A stretch of DNA of 32,000 nucleotides from Candidatus Saccharimonadota bacterium (GCF_028673255.1 NZ_CP110504.1:90001-122000); one strand, 5' to 3'; positions 16,854 through 27,421 are shown, numbered from the stretch's first letter. Translations and numbers: made by a program. The notes: a model not told the origin generated them from the letters alone.

Positions 16854-17985
16854 AATTTATATGTTTGAGAAGAATGATTATATCAAACAAAAAGTTATTA
16901 TTGTAGCTGCTATTTTAAAATTTAAAAATCAAGAACAAGTTAAAAACGAAATTAATGAATTAAATTATCTAGCTCAAACTTTAGGGGCGAAAGTCATTAA
17001 AATATTTGTTCAAAATATAAAAAATAAAAATCCAAGAACTTTTATTGGAAAAGGAAAAATAGAAGAAATCAAAAAATTTATTATACTAAAAAAGATTAAA
17101 ATAGCAATATTTAATGAGAATCTTTCACCTTCACAATTGAAAAATATAGAACAACTTTTTAAATCAAAAGTGGTTGATAGAACTAAAGTTATCTTAGATA
17201 TTTTTTATAAAAGAGCAAAAACATCTTATGCTAAAACTCAAATTAAATTAGCTCAATATAAATATTATTTGTCTAAGTTACCAAAACTATGGACACATTT
17301 AGAAAAACAACGAGGAGGAATAGGTTTTAGAGGTCCTGGAGAATCTGAAATAGAAACTGATAGAAGAAATATTAGAACAAGTATTAATAAGCTAACAAAC
17401 AAAATTAAATTAATTGATAAACAAATGGAAACTCAGCGAAAACATAGAAAACATATACTAAGGATATCTCTTTTAGGATATACAAATGTTGGTAAATCTA
17501 CACTTATGAACGTTTTAAGTAATGCAAATGTTTATGTAGAAAATAAATTCTTTTCTACTGTAGATACAACAGTAAGGAAAATAAAAATTAGAAATAAAAT
17601 ATTTTTAGTATCAGATACAGTAGGCTTCATAACTAATTTACCACATCAATTAAGAACTTCTTTTAAATCTACTTTATACGAAATGAAAGAGTCTGATTTA
17701 TTAATTCATTTAATCGATATAAATAAAAACTCTTTTATTAAAGATATAACTTGTGTAGAAAATATTTTATTAGAACTATGTATAAAAATAGGTACAAACA
17801 AAAAACTTATTAAAGTTTTTAATAAAATAGATAAATGTAACAATTTAAATACTAAAAAATATTTTATATATAAAAAATATGGTAATAAGATTATATTTGT
17901 TTCTGCAATAAAAACACATAATATTGAATTATTAAATCAAAAAATTTGTTATCTTACTGCGTACTCTGAATTAATTCTACGTTAA
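16846..17985 (+). CDS. hflX: GTPase HflX
   Basis: 379 aa. The HflX N-domain (TQIKLAQYKYYLSKLPKLWTHLEKQRGGIGFRGPGESEIETDRR) is followed by the G-domain LLGYTNVGKSTLMN...DTVGF. It overlaps der by 8 nt. Confidence 0.92.
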   Translation: MNKIYMFEKNDYIKQKVIIVAAILKFKNQEQVKNEINELNYLAQTLGAKVIKIFVQNIKNKNPRTFIGKGKIEEIKKFIILKKIKIAIFNENLSPSQLKNIEQLFKSKVVDRTKVILDIFYKRAKTSYAKTQIKLAQYKYYLSKLPKLWTHLEKQRGGIGFRGPGESEIETDRRNIRTSINKLTNKIKLIDKQMETQRKHRKHILRISLLGYTNVGKSTLMNVLSNANVYVENKFFSTVDTTVRKIKIRNKIFLVSDTVGFITNLPHQLRTSFKSTLYEMKESDLLIHLIDINKNSFIKDITCVENILLELCIKIGTNKKLIKVFNKIDKCNNLNTKKYFIYKKYGNKIIFVSAIKTHNIELLNQKICYLTAYSELILR

Positions 17986-18033
17986 TTATACGTAATATGT
18001 TAGAAATTTGCTTACTGCGTATTCTGAATTATT
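17942..18033. repeat. Imperfect direct duplication of the hflX 3' coding end (17942-17976) in the downstream spacer (18004-18033)
   Basis: CTTACTGCGTACTCTGAATTA (17953-17973) and CTTACTGCGTATTCTGAATTA (18011-18031) match at 20 of 21 positions. Both are preceded by AAATTTG, with a 4-nt indel. Confidence 0.85.
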
Positions 18034-18076
18034 AACAGGCGATAAAGTAATAATGTTACATCTATTCAGTTTATAT

Positions 18077-18156
18077 GGAGAGTTGCCTGAGTGGTTAATG
18101 GAGCAGTTTGCTAAACTGTAGGTTTAACCTCGTGAGTTCGAATCTCACACTCTCCG
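18077..18156 (+). tRNA. tRNA-Ser (GCT)
   Basis: 80 nt. The acceptor is GGAGAGT/ACTCTCC, the anticodon loop TTGCTAA, the variable arm AGGTTTAACCTC and the T-loop TTCGAAT. Confidence 0.88.
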
Positions 18157-18159
18157 CAA

Positions 18160-18234
18160 CGGGATATTGCGTAGTAAGGTTATCGCGCCTGGTTTGGGAC
18201 CAGGAGGTCATAGGTTCGAATCCTATTATCCCGA
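18160..18234 (+). tRNA. tRNA-Pro (TGG)
   Basis: 75 nt. The acceptor is CGGGATA/TATCCCG, the anticodon stem-loop CCTGG-TTTGGGA-CCAGG and the T-loop TTCGAAT. Confidence 0.88.
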
Positions 18235-18258
18235 TTTCAATTGTTTATGATTTGTTCT

Positions 18259-18331
18259 GGTCACATAGCTCAATGGATAGAGCACCTGCCTTCTAAGTAG
18301 TATGTTGCAGGTTCGACTCCTGCTGTGATCA
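18259..18331 (+). tRNA. tRNA-Arg (TCT)
   Basis: 73 nt. The acceptor is GGTCACA/TGTGATC, the anticodon loop CTTCTAA and the T arm GCAGG-TTCGACT-CCTGC. Its 3' end overlaps the glyQS stop codon on the opposite strand. Confidence 0.85.
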
Positions 18332-19804
18332 TTTTGTACTTTCCAACATTAAAAATTTGGTTAAAAGTTTTTTTATACTAGTTTCTTGTTTTATTTCCTT
18401 TTTTAAGTTTTTTATTAATACTCTTTTTTGTAACATACTATCTCGATATCTTATCGTTACACATTTATCTTTTAAAGTTTTGAAATCTATTGTAACACAT
18501 ATCGGAGTGCCTATTGCGTCTTGTCTTCTATATCTCTTTCCAATACTATCATTTTCTTCATATGTTAAAAGAAAAGAACTTTTTAAGGAATTAAATATAT
18601 ATTTAGCATAAGCTATTAATCTTTTATCTTGTATTAAAGGAAAAATAGCAGCTTTTACTGGAGCTAAAGAAGGATTTATCTTTAAGACAGTTCTTTTAGT
18701 TTTTTGTTTTATAACTTCCATTTTTAGCGAGGAAGATAAAATCGCCAAAAATATTCTGTCTATTCCTACAGATGTCTCTATTATATATGGAATATAATAT
18801 ATTTGATTTTCTTTATCAAAAACTCTAAGTTTTTTTTTACTATATTTTTCATGTTTTTTAAGATCGAAATTTCTTCTTGAATGAATTCCTTCTAATTCTT
18901 TAAAGCCAAAAGGAAAATTAAATTGAATATCATATGCCTGTTTTGCATAATGTGCTAATTGTTCATGTTCAAAATATCTATATTTTTTTTCCCCCAAGCC
19001 TATAGTTAAATGCCATATTAAGCGTTTATTCTTCCAATATTTAAACCATTTATCTTCATCTTTATGATGAATAAAAAATTGCATTTCCATTTGTTCAAAT
19101 TCTCGCATTCTAAAAATAAATTGCCTTGCCATTATTTCATTTCTAAAAACTTTTCCTATTTGAGCTATCCCAAATGGAATTTTTAATTTCCTACTATTCT
19201 GCACATTTAAAAAATTTGTAAAAATCCCTTGTGCTGTTTCTGGACGTAAATAAATTGTTTGTTTTTTAAAATCTATTTGGAACATTAATTTATATTCATA
19301 TATATAGTTCCATTTATCTTGAAATTTTTTTACTAATACTAATATTTTTTTAGATTTTTTTAATACTATATTATCAGCAATATATTGAATTATTCTCTTT
19401 TTTAAGTTATTTTTTTTTGTTTTTATTTTACAGAATTTTTTACATAAATAATTGTCTCCTTTACTATTTGGTTTAAATATTTTTTCTAACAAAAAATCAA
19501 GCCGATAACTGTAGTTTTTACTTTTATTATATAAAAAAATTTCTTTGAATCTCTCTGCATGTCCTGAAGCTTTCCAGATTTTTGGATGCATCAATATACT
19601 AGTATCTAATCCAATTATATTTTCATTTATTTGGATCATTGATCTCCACCAATATTCTTTTATATTATTTTTTAAATGAATGCCATATGGACCATAATCA
19701 TAAATAGCATTTATTCCATCATAAATTTCACTTGTAGGAAAAATAAAACCATATTTTTTTGCATATGATACAATTTCTTTCAAAGAAATTTTGTGGTTTC
19801 TCAT
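18329..19804 (-). CDS. glyQS: Glycyl-tRNA synthetase, single-chain (alpha2) type
   Basis: 491 aa. It has YGFIFPTSEIYDGINAIYDYGPYG, YLRPETAQGIF, FRNEIMARQFIFRMREFEQMEMQFF and ETSVGIDR. These are typical of eukaryote-like dimeric GlyRS. The stop codon is TGA. Confidence 0.92.
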   Translation of the reverse strand: MRNHKISLKEIVSYAKKYGFIFPTSEIYDGINAIYDYGPYGIHLKNNIKEYWWRSMIQINENIIGLDTSILMHPKIWKASGHAERFKEIFLYNKSKNYSYRLDFLLEKIFKPNSKGDNYLCKKFCKIKTKKNNLKKRIIQYIADNIVLKKSKKILVLVKKFQDKWNYIYEYKLMFQIDFKKQTIYLRPETAQGIFTNFLNVQNSRKLKIPFGIAQIGKVFRNEIMARQFIFRMREFEQMEMQFFIHHKDEDKWFKYWKNKRLIWHLTIGLGEKKYRYFEHEQLAHYAKQAYDIQFNFPFGFKELEGIHSRRNFDLKKHEKYSKKKLRVFDKENQIYYIPYIIETSVGIDRIFLAILSSSLKMEVIKQKTKRTVLKINPSLAPVKAAIFPLIQDKRLIAYAKYIFNSLKSSFLLTYEENDSIGKRYRRQDAIGTPICVTIDFKTLKDKCVTIRYRDSMLQKRVLIKNLKKEIKQETSIKKLLTKFLMLESTK

Positions 19805-19806
19805 TT

Positions 19807-20145
19807 TTAACGCTTTGTGATGTAATGTTTTCTTTTCGCTTGGTTTACTATTAAGTTTCTAAAATAATAAAGTTTTGCTCTTCTAACTTTTACCGACCTT
19901 ATCTTTTTTATTTCTTTTATATTTGGAGATTTAATTTGAAAAATTCTTTCTACGCCAATTGTACCAATTTTTTTTAGAACTGTAAAGGTGGAATTTCCTT
20001 GCTTTTTAATTATTATTCCTTTAAAACTTTGTATTCTTTTTTTTTCTCCTTCTTTAATTTCGTAATATACTTTTACTGTATCTCCTGAATTTAATTTGTA
20101 ATTTGTCTTTTTGAGGTCTGTTACTAGTCTGTTTATATTTTTCAT
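19807..20145 (-). CDS. rplS: 50S ribosomal protein L19
   Basis: 112 aa. [29 protein letters not shown]...GVERIF...[11 protein letters not shown] matches the L19 pattern (f..GD.v.V...i.EG.keR.Q.F.GvvI). Confidence 0.92.
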   Translation of the reverse strand: MKNINRLVTDLKKTNYKLNSGDTVKVYYEIKEGEKKRIQSFKGIIIKKQGNSTFTVLKKIGTIGVERIFQIKSPNIKEIKKIRSVKVRRAKLYYFRNLIVNQAKRKHYITKR

Positions 20146-20212
20146 TTTCTTTTATTAGTTTATTTGATTTCTTTTTCTTTTTTCATATTTGTTTTTATAA
20201 AAATAAAAAGAA

Positions 20213-21565
20213 ATGAAAAAAATCTCCTTCATTACTTATGGATGTAAATTAAATTATTCTGAATTTTCTACAATAAAAAGAAATTTATTAAATGTAGGAT
20301 ATAAAATTGTCGGTTTTGATTATTCTTCTCAGATTTATATAATAAATACATGTTCTATTACTCATAATGCTGATAACAAATTATTGGGTTTAATAAAAAC
20401 AATAAAAACAAACAATAAAAAAGCTAAGATCATACTCTTGGGATGTTATCCTCAGAGTTTATATAATAAAATATATATAAAGAAAATAGATGCAGATGAT
20501 ACAATTAGTTCATACAGTTCATTTTTAAAACAAGTTTATTTAGTCCTTGGTAATAATGAAAAATTCAAATTACATTTGTTTTTAACAAATCAAATTAACA
20601 AACAAATTTCAGTTTCAGACCTAACCAAATACACCAAATATAATTCTTCTGTTTCATTTGATTACACACGTACTAGATCTTTTATAAAAATCCAAGATGG
20701 ATGTGATTACAAATGTAGTTATTGTACTATTCCAAATATACGAGGAAATTCTATATCTGAAAATATTTTTAACATTATTCTTACAATTAAAAAACTTGTT
20801 TTACTAAATATTAAAGAAGTAGTTTTAACTGGAATTAACCTTGGAGATTTTATAAATTATGGTATAGAAAACAAAAAATATGATTTTTTTTATTTAATTA
20901 AAATCATTGAAAAAAAAATTACTACTAAGATACGAATTAGAATATCATCTATTGAACCCAATTTATTAAATTATAAAATAATAAATTTTATTTCAAAAAG
21001 TAAACTATTTGTTCCTCATTTTCATATTCCATTACAATCTGGTAGTAACGAAATATTAAAGAAAATGAGAAGACGATATAATCCTAATATATATATTCAA
21101 AAAGTAAATACAATTTTAAATATTCTCCCATATGCTTGTATCGGAACTGATGTAATTGTAGGTTTTCCAGGGGAAAACGAATATAATTTTTTAGAAACTT
21201 TTAATTTATTAAAAAAAATAAATATATCTTATATTCATGTTTTTAAATATTCCGATAGAGACAATACATATTCTAATTCAATGAAAAATAAAATCAACCC
21301 AAATATATGTTTCCAACGTAGTCAAATAATCCGATTTCTTTCCAAGAAAAAGAGAAAGATCTTTTATCTTAAAAATAATCTTCAAATTTATCGAGTTTTA
21401 TTTGAAAAAAAAAACAATAGATATGGAGAGATCTTTGGATTTACTGAGAACTATATAAGAGTAAGAGTAAATATTCCATTTCCAAATAATATTCTTAATA
21501 CTTGTAAACTCGTTAGGTTACTAAAAATAGATACTCATAATTCTTATCTTAGTGAGTTATTCTAA
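20213..21565 (+). CDS. mtaB: Radical-SAM methylthiotransferase, MtaB-like (ms2t6A37 formation)
   Basis: 450 aa. It has the N-terminal UPF0004 domain (ITYGCKLNYSE...NTCSIT...GCY), the radical-SAM motif CDYKCSYCTIP and a C-terminal TRAM-like region. The GCKLN start and the absence of a MiaB-type N-extension favour MtaB over MiaB or RimO. Confidence 0.75.
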   Translation: MKKISFITYGCKLNYSEFSTIKRNLLNVGYKIVGFDYSSQIYIINTCSITHNADNKLLGLIKTIKTNNKKAKIILLGCYPQSLYNKIYIKKIDADDTISSYSSFLKQVYLVLGNNEKFKLHLFLTNQINKQISVSDLTKYTKYNSSVSFDYTRTRSFIKIQDGCDYKCSYCTIPNIRGNSISENIFNIILTIKKLVLLNIKEVVLTGINLGDFINYGIENKKYDFFYLIKIIEKKITTKIRIRISSIEPNLLNYKIINFISKSKLFVPHFHIPLQSGSNEILKKMRRRYNPNIYIQKVNTILNILPYACIGTDVIVGFPGENEYNFLETFNLLKKINISYIHVFKYSDRDNTYSNSMKNKINPNICFQRSQIIRFLSKKKRKIFYLKNNLQIYRVLFEKKNNRYGEIFGFTENYIRVRVNIPFPNNILNTCKLVRLLKIDTHNSYLSELF

Positions 21566-21594
21566 TTAAATTATTAATAGCTCTTTTATTTTCT

Positions 21595-23412
21595 CTATTT
21601 CTTGGTTTTGTAACTTAAAAATATGTTGTTTAAAATTCTTTTTAGAAATTCTTTTTTCTTTTTAAGAGGTAGAATATTATGAAAGAATAATATTAATTCA
21701 AGTGAATCTATAAGAAGTTCTTTGTACTTGTTCTTTTCTTTTAAGATTTTTTTTATTATTTTATTATTCGTATTTACAATAAGATTATAATGTTGTTCAT
21801 TCTTTCTTGTTTTTTCAAAGTTGTTTATTAAATTTATTTCATTTATACGACGTACAATTTCTGGAATATTTATTAAAAAAGGCAGATTTTTATCCTTTAA
21901 CTGTTCTATTTGAATTGTAAATTTTGTATTATCTAAATGGTTTTCTAATTCTTTTTTTAGTTCTTTTAGTTCATTAATATCATCTACATTTTTCGTTTCA
22001 CTAAAAATATTGTCAATGTTTTGAGAATCTACTCTTAGAAACTTTATATTATTATTTTCCATTTCTATTTTTTGAATTAAATGAACAGTAAAAGGGCTAT
22101 CTAATAATAAAATTTTATATCCTTTAGCTAATACACTATCTATATATAAAGACTGTTCCTCTAGATTTGATGCGTAGAAACAAATGATTTTATTCTCCTT
22201 AGATAATTGTTTTTTTTTTATTAAGTTGAAAAACTCACTAAATAAGTAATATTTACCATCAGTATTATAAAATAATGCAAATTTTTTCGATTTTTCGTAG
22301 AAACTTTGTTCACTTATCATGCCATATTCAATAAGTAACTTAATACTTTTCCATATTTTTTCAAAATATTTTCTATTTTTTAATAAAATTTTCGTTAGTT
22401 TATCTGCAATTTTTAGAGTAATATAATTGTAAATTTTTTTTAATGTAATATCATTTTTATATTGTGATCTAGAAACATTTAGTGTAATATCTGGAGAATC
22501 AATTATTCCTTTTAGAAATTTTAAAAAGTATGGTACTATTCCATGTAAATTATCTGTAACGAATACTTGATTTTGATATAAATGTATTTGCTGTTTTTTT
22601 AAAGTTATTGTATTTATTAATTTAGGAACATATAATATACCAGTTAATTTAAAGGGATGGTCTATATTTAAATGAATCCATAATAAAGGTTCATCTATTC
22701 GATCATTAAACAATTCATAGTAAAATTTTTTATATTCTTTTTCTTTTATTTTCAGAGGATGTAATTTCCATAAAGGATTTATAATGTTAATAATTTTATT
22801 CTTAAATTTTATTGGGATTGGCAAAAATCTACAATATTTTTCTAATACTCCTAATATCCTATACCCTTCTAAAAATTCTTTTAATTTTTCATTTACATGC
22901 AATAATATTGTCGTTCCTCTTTTTTTTGTTTTAGCTCTTTGTATACTGAATTTAGTGCTACCATCGCATATCCAATGTACTGCATTGGTTTTTTTTTTAT
23001 AAGATTTCGTTATAATTTCCACTTTATCAGAAATTAAAAAACTTGAATAAAATCCTAAACCAAAATTTCCAATCATTGTATTTTGGGCTTTATATTTTTC
23101 AAGAAATTTACCAGCGCTTGAGAATGCAATTTGATTAATATATTTTTCAACTTCTTTTTTTGTCATTCCTATTCCATTGTCTATTATTTTAATAATTTTC
23201 TCTTCTTTATATATTTTTACTTCTATTTCTAATTTTTCTTTTATGTTGGTTATTTTTCCTAACTGTTTTAAAGTTCTTATTTTATTGCAAGCATCAACTG
23301 CATTACATATTATTTCTCTTAAAAAAATTTCATTTTCTGAATATAAAAATTTCTTTATAATCGGAAAGATATTATCTGCAGCAACTTTTATATGACCTTT
23401 GTTTTTTTCCAT
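21595..23412 (-). CDS. htpG: Molecular chaperone HtpG (Hsp90)
   Basis: 605 aa. It has FLREIICNAVDA (the Bergerat ATP-binding motif), IDNGIGMTK and GNFGLGFYSSFL. Confidence 0.93.
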   Translation of the reverse strand: MEKNKGHIKVAADNIFPIIKKFLYSENEIFLREIICNAVDACNKIRTLKQLGKITNIKEKLEIEVKIYKEEKIIKIIDNGIGMTKKEVEKYINQIAFSSAGKFLEKYKAQNTMIGNFGLGFYSSFLISDKVEIITKSYKKKTNAVHWICDGSTKFSIQRAKTKKRGTTILLHVNEKLKEFLEGYRILGVLEKYCRFLPIPIKFKNKIINIINPLWKLHPLKIKEKEYKKFYYELFNDRIDEPLLWIHLNIDHPFKLTGILYVPKLINTITLKKQQIHLYQNQVFVTDNLHGIVPYFLKFLKGIIDSPDITLNVSRSQYKNDITLKKIYNYITLKIADKLTKILLKNRKYFEKIWKSIKLLIEYGMISEQSFYEKSKKFALFYNTDGKYYLFSEFFNLIKKKQLSKENKIICFYASNLEEQSLYIDSVLAKGYKILLLDSPFTVHLIQKIEMENNNIKFLRVDSQNIDNIFSETKNVDDINELKELKKELENHLDNTKFTIQIEQLKDKNLPFLINIPEIVRRINEINLINNFEKTRKNEQHYNLIVNTNNKIIKKILKEKNKYKELLIDSLELILFFHNILPLKKKKEFLKRILNNIFLSYKTKK

Positions 23413-23572
23413 TTTTAGTTTTATAAAAGATTCATAACATTAATAATATAAACCAAGAAACAAAACAAATACTAAATATTTAATGAATAACAAATTTAAT
23501 TATTTCGATACTTGGTTTAAAGTCAGTAAATAAATTTCATATATAGTCAGATGCTAATAATTTCTTATATAA

Positions 23573-23657
23573 CGGAGAGAGAGGGATTTGAACCCCCGGA
23601 GTATTGATACTCAACGGTTTTCAAGACCATCGCATTCAGCCACTCTGCCATCTCTCC
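23573..23657 (-). tRNA. tRNA-Ser (TGA)
   Basis: 85 nt. The acceptor is GGAGAGA/TCTCTCC, the anticodon loop CTTGAAA, the variable arm TGAGTATCAATACTCC and the T-loop TTCAAAT. Confidence 0.88.
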
Positions 23658-23787
23658 TTTGGCTTAATTTGGATTAATTAGTATATATTTTTTTTTAAGT
23701 TATCAAATATCTTGTTTTTGATGTTTTAAAATAAGATAAATTGATATTTGGTTTTTCTTTATAGCTTTTTAAATATTTTTTTATAAC

Positions 23788-25257
23788 ATGAATTTTTCTT
23801 GTAACAAATATCTTTCGTATAAGTGGTTTAATGATTTAATATGCAAATCAAACTTAGCAGAAATCTCTAAAATAAGAGGATGTTTAATCTTTCAACCTTA
23901 TGGCTTAGAAATTTGGAATAAAATAAAAAATAAATTAAATTATCTACTAAAAAAAACTGGACATGAGAATTATTATTTTCCATTATTAATTTCTATTACA
24001 GATTTAAATAAGGAATATAATCATATTAAAGGTTTCTCTAAAGAATGTGCTATTGTAACACATAGACGTTTAAATATAAAAAATAAAAAAATTTTACTAG
24101 ATCGTAACTCAAAATTAAAAAATGAATTAATTATTAGACCAACTTCTGAAGCGATAATCTGGAACTCATTAAAAAAGTGGATTAATTCTTATAGAGATTT
24201 ACCTAGGTTATTAAACCAATGGTCTAATATTATTAGGTGGGAAATGCGACCAAGATTCTTGTTAAGAAATTCTGAATTTATTTTACAGGAAGGTCATACT
24301 GTTCATTCATCAAAACAAGAAGCTCTTAGTCATTCTATAAAAATTTTGAACTTATATAAATATTTTATAGAAAAAATTCTTTCAATTCCAGTAATAAAAG
24401 GAAAAAAAACGCCAAAAGAAAAATTTGCTGGAGCAAATACTACTTATTGTTTAGAATCTGTTTTACTAGATGGAAAAGCATTACAAATTGCAACTTCTCA
24501 TTTTTTGGGACAGAATTTTTCAAAATCTTTTGATGTTAAATATTTCAATAAAAATGGTATTTATGAACGACCATGGGGCACCTCATATGGAATATCTACA
24601 AGGCTTCTTGGAGCTTTAGTTTTTACTCATTCTGATAAATATGGACTTATTCTTCCACCTAAAATTGCTCCAATACAGGTTGTTATTATTTCCATAATAA
24701 AAAAAATAGAAGATAATAAAATTCTTGAGAAATTGGTAAAAAAAATACTAGTTTGTTTGAAAAACAAAAAAATAAGATTTTTTTATGATAATCGTAAACG
24801 ATACAATCCTGGATGGAAATTTAATGAGTATGATATTAAGGGAGTTCCACTACGGATAACAATAGGAAAAAATGAAATACAAAAAGGGTTAATCGAAATT
24901 TTTAGAAGAGACAATCGGAAAAGAAAACATATAAAAATAAGAAATATTAAAAATAAAATTACTTATTTCTTAAAAAATATACAGAAAAATATTTTTTTAA
25001 AGGCTTTATTTTTAAAAAACAAATTTACAAAAACAATCGATGATTATAAAAAATTTAAACAAATTTTTAATTCAAATGGAGGATTAATATATTCTCATTG
25101 GGATGGAAGGAAAGAAAGCGAAAAGAAAATAAAAGAAGATACTTCAGCATCGATTATTTGTATTCCAAGTAAAAGTAAAACAAAAAGCAATTTTGGACAT
25201 TGTATTTATAGTAATAATTTATCTAAACAAAGAGTTATTTTTGCAAAATGTTATTAA
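23788..25257 (+). CDS. proS: Prolyl-tRNA synthetase, archaeal/eukaryote-like type
   Basis: 489 aa. It has RGCLIFQPYGLEIWNKI, RPTSEAI, WSNIIRWEMRPRFLLRNSEFILQEGHT and a C-terminal domain ending in a terminal Tyr (...AKCY). There is no bacterial-type insertion/editing domain. Confidence 0.9.
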   Translation: MNFSCNKYLSYKWFNDLICKSNLAEISKIRGCLIFQPYGLEIWNKIKNKLNYLLKKTGHENYYFPLLISITDLNKEYNHIKGFSKECAIVTHRRLNIKNKKILLDRNSKLKNELIIRPTSEAIIWNSLKKWINSYRDLPRLLNQWSNIIRWEMRPRFLLRNSEFILQEGHTVHSSKQEALSHSIKILNLYKYFIEKILSIPVIKGKKTPKEKFAGANTTYCLESVLLDGKALQIATSHFLGQNFSKSFDVKYFNKNGIYERPWGTSYGISTRLLGALVFTHSDKYGLILPPKIAPIQVVIISIIKKIEDNKILEKLVKKILVCLKNKKIRFFYDNRKRYNPGWKFNEYDIKGVPLRITIGKNEIQKGLIEIFRRDNRKRKHIKIRNIKNKITYFLKNIQKNIFLKALFLKNKFTKTIDDYKKFKQIFNSNGGLIYSHWDGRKESEKKIKEDTSASIICIPSKSKTKSNFGHCIYSNNLSKQRVIFAKCY

Positions 25258-25344
25258 CTTATAAATTCTTCTTATATCGTAACGTATATAATTAAGTTGA
25301 TTACTCTATCTGGTGAGTTACAAGCAATCTATATTTGATGCGTA

Positions 25345-26490
25345 TCAACTTTTTTCATCTTCCATTATATTTTTTAAAATCTTTATAAATTTTATAATTT
25401 CCTTTTTCTTATTATATATTCCTAAAGATATTCTTAATATTGTTTTCTTTCTAATAAGATTTTTTATTCTTAAAGATTTTATTACATGAGAATATTCTGT
25501 TGACATACATGCACTACTTTGTGATAAAATTATTCCTTTCATATCTAATTTGAAGGTTAGTAATTCTTTTTTAGGTATAGCTATACTAATTATAGTGTAA
25601 ATACTTGATTTTAAACTTTCAGACATTCCAACATATTTAATATCTGGAATATTTCTTTTCAATTCTTTAATACAATACTTCTTAAGTTTTTTTAAGTATG
25701 TTTTATGTTTTATAAAATCTTTCTTTAAGAATTCTAAAGCTTTAGTAAAGCCCATAATTCCAGAGAAATTTTCAGTTCCTGCTCTTATATTTTGTTCTTG
25801 ACGTCCTCCTGTTAGAAATGACTTTATATTTAGATTCTTGTTTACAAAAGCAAATCCTATTCCTGTAGGTCCATAAAATTTATGAGCACTGCAACTTGCA
25901 AAATGTAAATTTAATTTATGAATATTTATTTTTAACCAACCAATTGCTTGAATTGTGTCTGAATGAAAATATTTGTTCTTATATTTTTTACAAAGCTTTC
26001 CAACTTTTTTAATATTTAAAATATTACCAATTTCATTATTAACATACATTAAACTTACTAAAGTAGGCATTTCATCTTCTTTTAACTTCTTTTTTAAATC
26101 AGAAAGATTGATTTCTCCTTTGTCATTATTTTTAACGAATTTTACTACTATATTATAGTATTTATATAAATCATATACTGTTTCTAATACAGATTTATGC
26201 TCTAAAAATGATGTAATTATACATTTTATGTTTAAATATTTTATACTACTTCTTAAAATTAAATTATTTGCTTCAGTACCACTTGATGTAAATATTATTT
26301 CATCTTGTTTTATCTTGAAAATTCTAGCTATTTTAGTACGTGCTTTTTCAATTTTAAATTTCTTAATCAATCCTAAACTATGATTTGAAGAAGGATTACC
26401 TATTTTGTTTAAATATTTTATATGATTTTCAGATAGTTCCTTCAATAAAGGAGTATTTGAAGCATTATCTAAATAAATTTTTTTATTCAT
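25345..26490 (-). CDS. iscS: Class I cysteine desulfurase (IscS/NifS-like)
   Basis: 381 aa. It has IYLDNASNTP, FTSSGTEANN, the PLP-lysine motif SAHKFYGPTGIG, RAGTEN and the active-site loop SSACMS. Confidence 0.82.
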   Translation of the reverse strand: MNKKIYLDNASNTPLLKELSENHIKYLNKIGNPSSNHSLGLIKKFKIEKARTKIARIFKIKQDEIIFTSSGTEANNLILRSSIKYLNIKCIITSFLEHKSVLETVYDLYKYYNIVVKFVKNNDKGEINLSDLKKKLKEDEMPTLVSLMYVNNEIGNILNIKKVGKLCKKYKNKYFHSDTIQAIGWLKINIHKLNLHFASCSAHKFYGPTGIGFAFVNKNLNIKSFLTGGRQEQNIRAGTENFSGIMGFTKALEFLKKDFIKHKTYLKKLKKYCIKELKRNIPDIKYVGMSESLKSSIYTIISIAIPKKELLTFKLDMKGIILSQSSACMSTEYSHVIKSLRIKNLIRKKTILRISLGIYNKKKEIIKFIKILKNIMEDEKS

Positions 26491-27421
26491 TTCTTTCTTT
26501 AATTAAAATTAATTGGTTTTGTTTTTTTAATAACACATAATTTAGATCTTTGGAAAAGATTTGTTTCCCATTTTTTGAAATTATTATTTTAATAATATCT
26601 TTAATATTTAAAAAGCCATATTTAGAGAAATATTTATGTAGATAAAATTTAATGAAATTTAGATTTAAAATCTTATTTATAAAAAAAAATATTTGATTTT
26701 TTGTTTTTTTACAAATATACTGTTCTATTATTTTTAAATGATTTTTTATCAGCAAATTTTCTTCTTGAAAAAAAATAAAAGTTTTTTTAAAACCCTCATA
26801 AAAATTCTGATCTAAAACATTAGATAAATCTTTTCTTATTTTATTTCTTAAATACTTTTGACTCTTATTGCTTTTATCTTCCATCCATGATATATGGTTT
26901 TTTTTAGCATATTTTAATATATCTGATCTACTAAAATCTATTAGTGGTCTTATTAAATATTTTTTCTTATAAATTATTCCTTTCATTCCTTTTAAACTAG
27001 TTCCTCTTTTTATATTTATAAAAAATGTTTCTATCGAATCATTCAAATTATGTCCTAATGCTATATAATTAAAACAATTTGTTTTTAACATTTTTTTAAA
27101 CCAAAAAAATCTTAGCTTTCTTGCTATAAGCTGTATAGATTGATTTGAAGGAAAACTAAATTTTTTCATATGATACACAATTTTGTTTCTTTTACAGATT
27201 TTCTTTATTAATTCTTCTTCTTTTTTTGAATCAATTACTCTTAAATTAAAATTACAATGTAATACTTCTATTCTAAGGCTTATTATTTTTAGTCTTATTT
27301 TTATAAAAATATTTAATAACACCATACTATCAACTCCACCACTAACAGCTATATATATTTTTTTGTTTTTAAAGTTTATTTGTTTATTAAGTTTTGTTAA
27401 GACTTTTTTTAAGTTTAACAT
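26483..27421 (-). CDS. tilS: tRNA(Ile)-lysidine synthase (short form)
   Basis: 312 aa. It has the PP-loop IAVSGGVDSMVL, then ALGHNLNDSIETFFINIKRGT and RPLIDFSRSDILKY. It overlaps the cysteine desulfurase gene by 8 nt. Confidence 0.88.
   Translation of the reverse strand: MLNLKKVLTKLNKQINFKNKKIYIAVSGGVDSMVLLNIFIKIRLKIISLRIEVLHCNFNLRVIDSKKEEELIKKICKRNKIVYHMKKFSFPSNQSIQLIARKLRFFWFKKMLKTNCFNYIALGHNLNDSIETFFINIKRGTSLKGMKGIIYKKKYLIRPLIDFSRSDILKYAKKNHISWMEDKSNKSQKYLRNKIRKDLSNVLDQNFYEGFKKTFIFFQEENLLIKNHLKIIEQYICKKTKNQIFFFINKILNLNFIKFYLHKYFSKYGFLNIKDIIKIIISKNGKQIFSKDLNYVLLKKQNQLILIKERNE

Noticed and set aside
18108-18296. 62-aa ORF spanning the Ser-Pro-Arg tRNA cluster
   Set aside because: It is fully explained by three hand-folded tRNA cloverleaves, and its relative GC richness comes from the tRNA sequence.
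18329-18331. Possible TGA recoding (code 4), as seen in some reduced symbionts
   Set aside because: TGA ends glyQS at a sensible C-terminus, Trp positions in conserved motifs are encoded by TGG, and all large genes are intact under the standard code.
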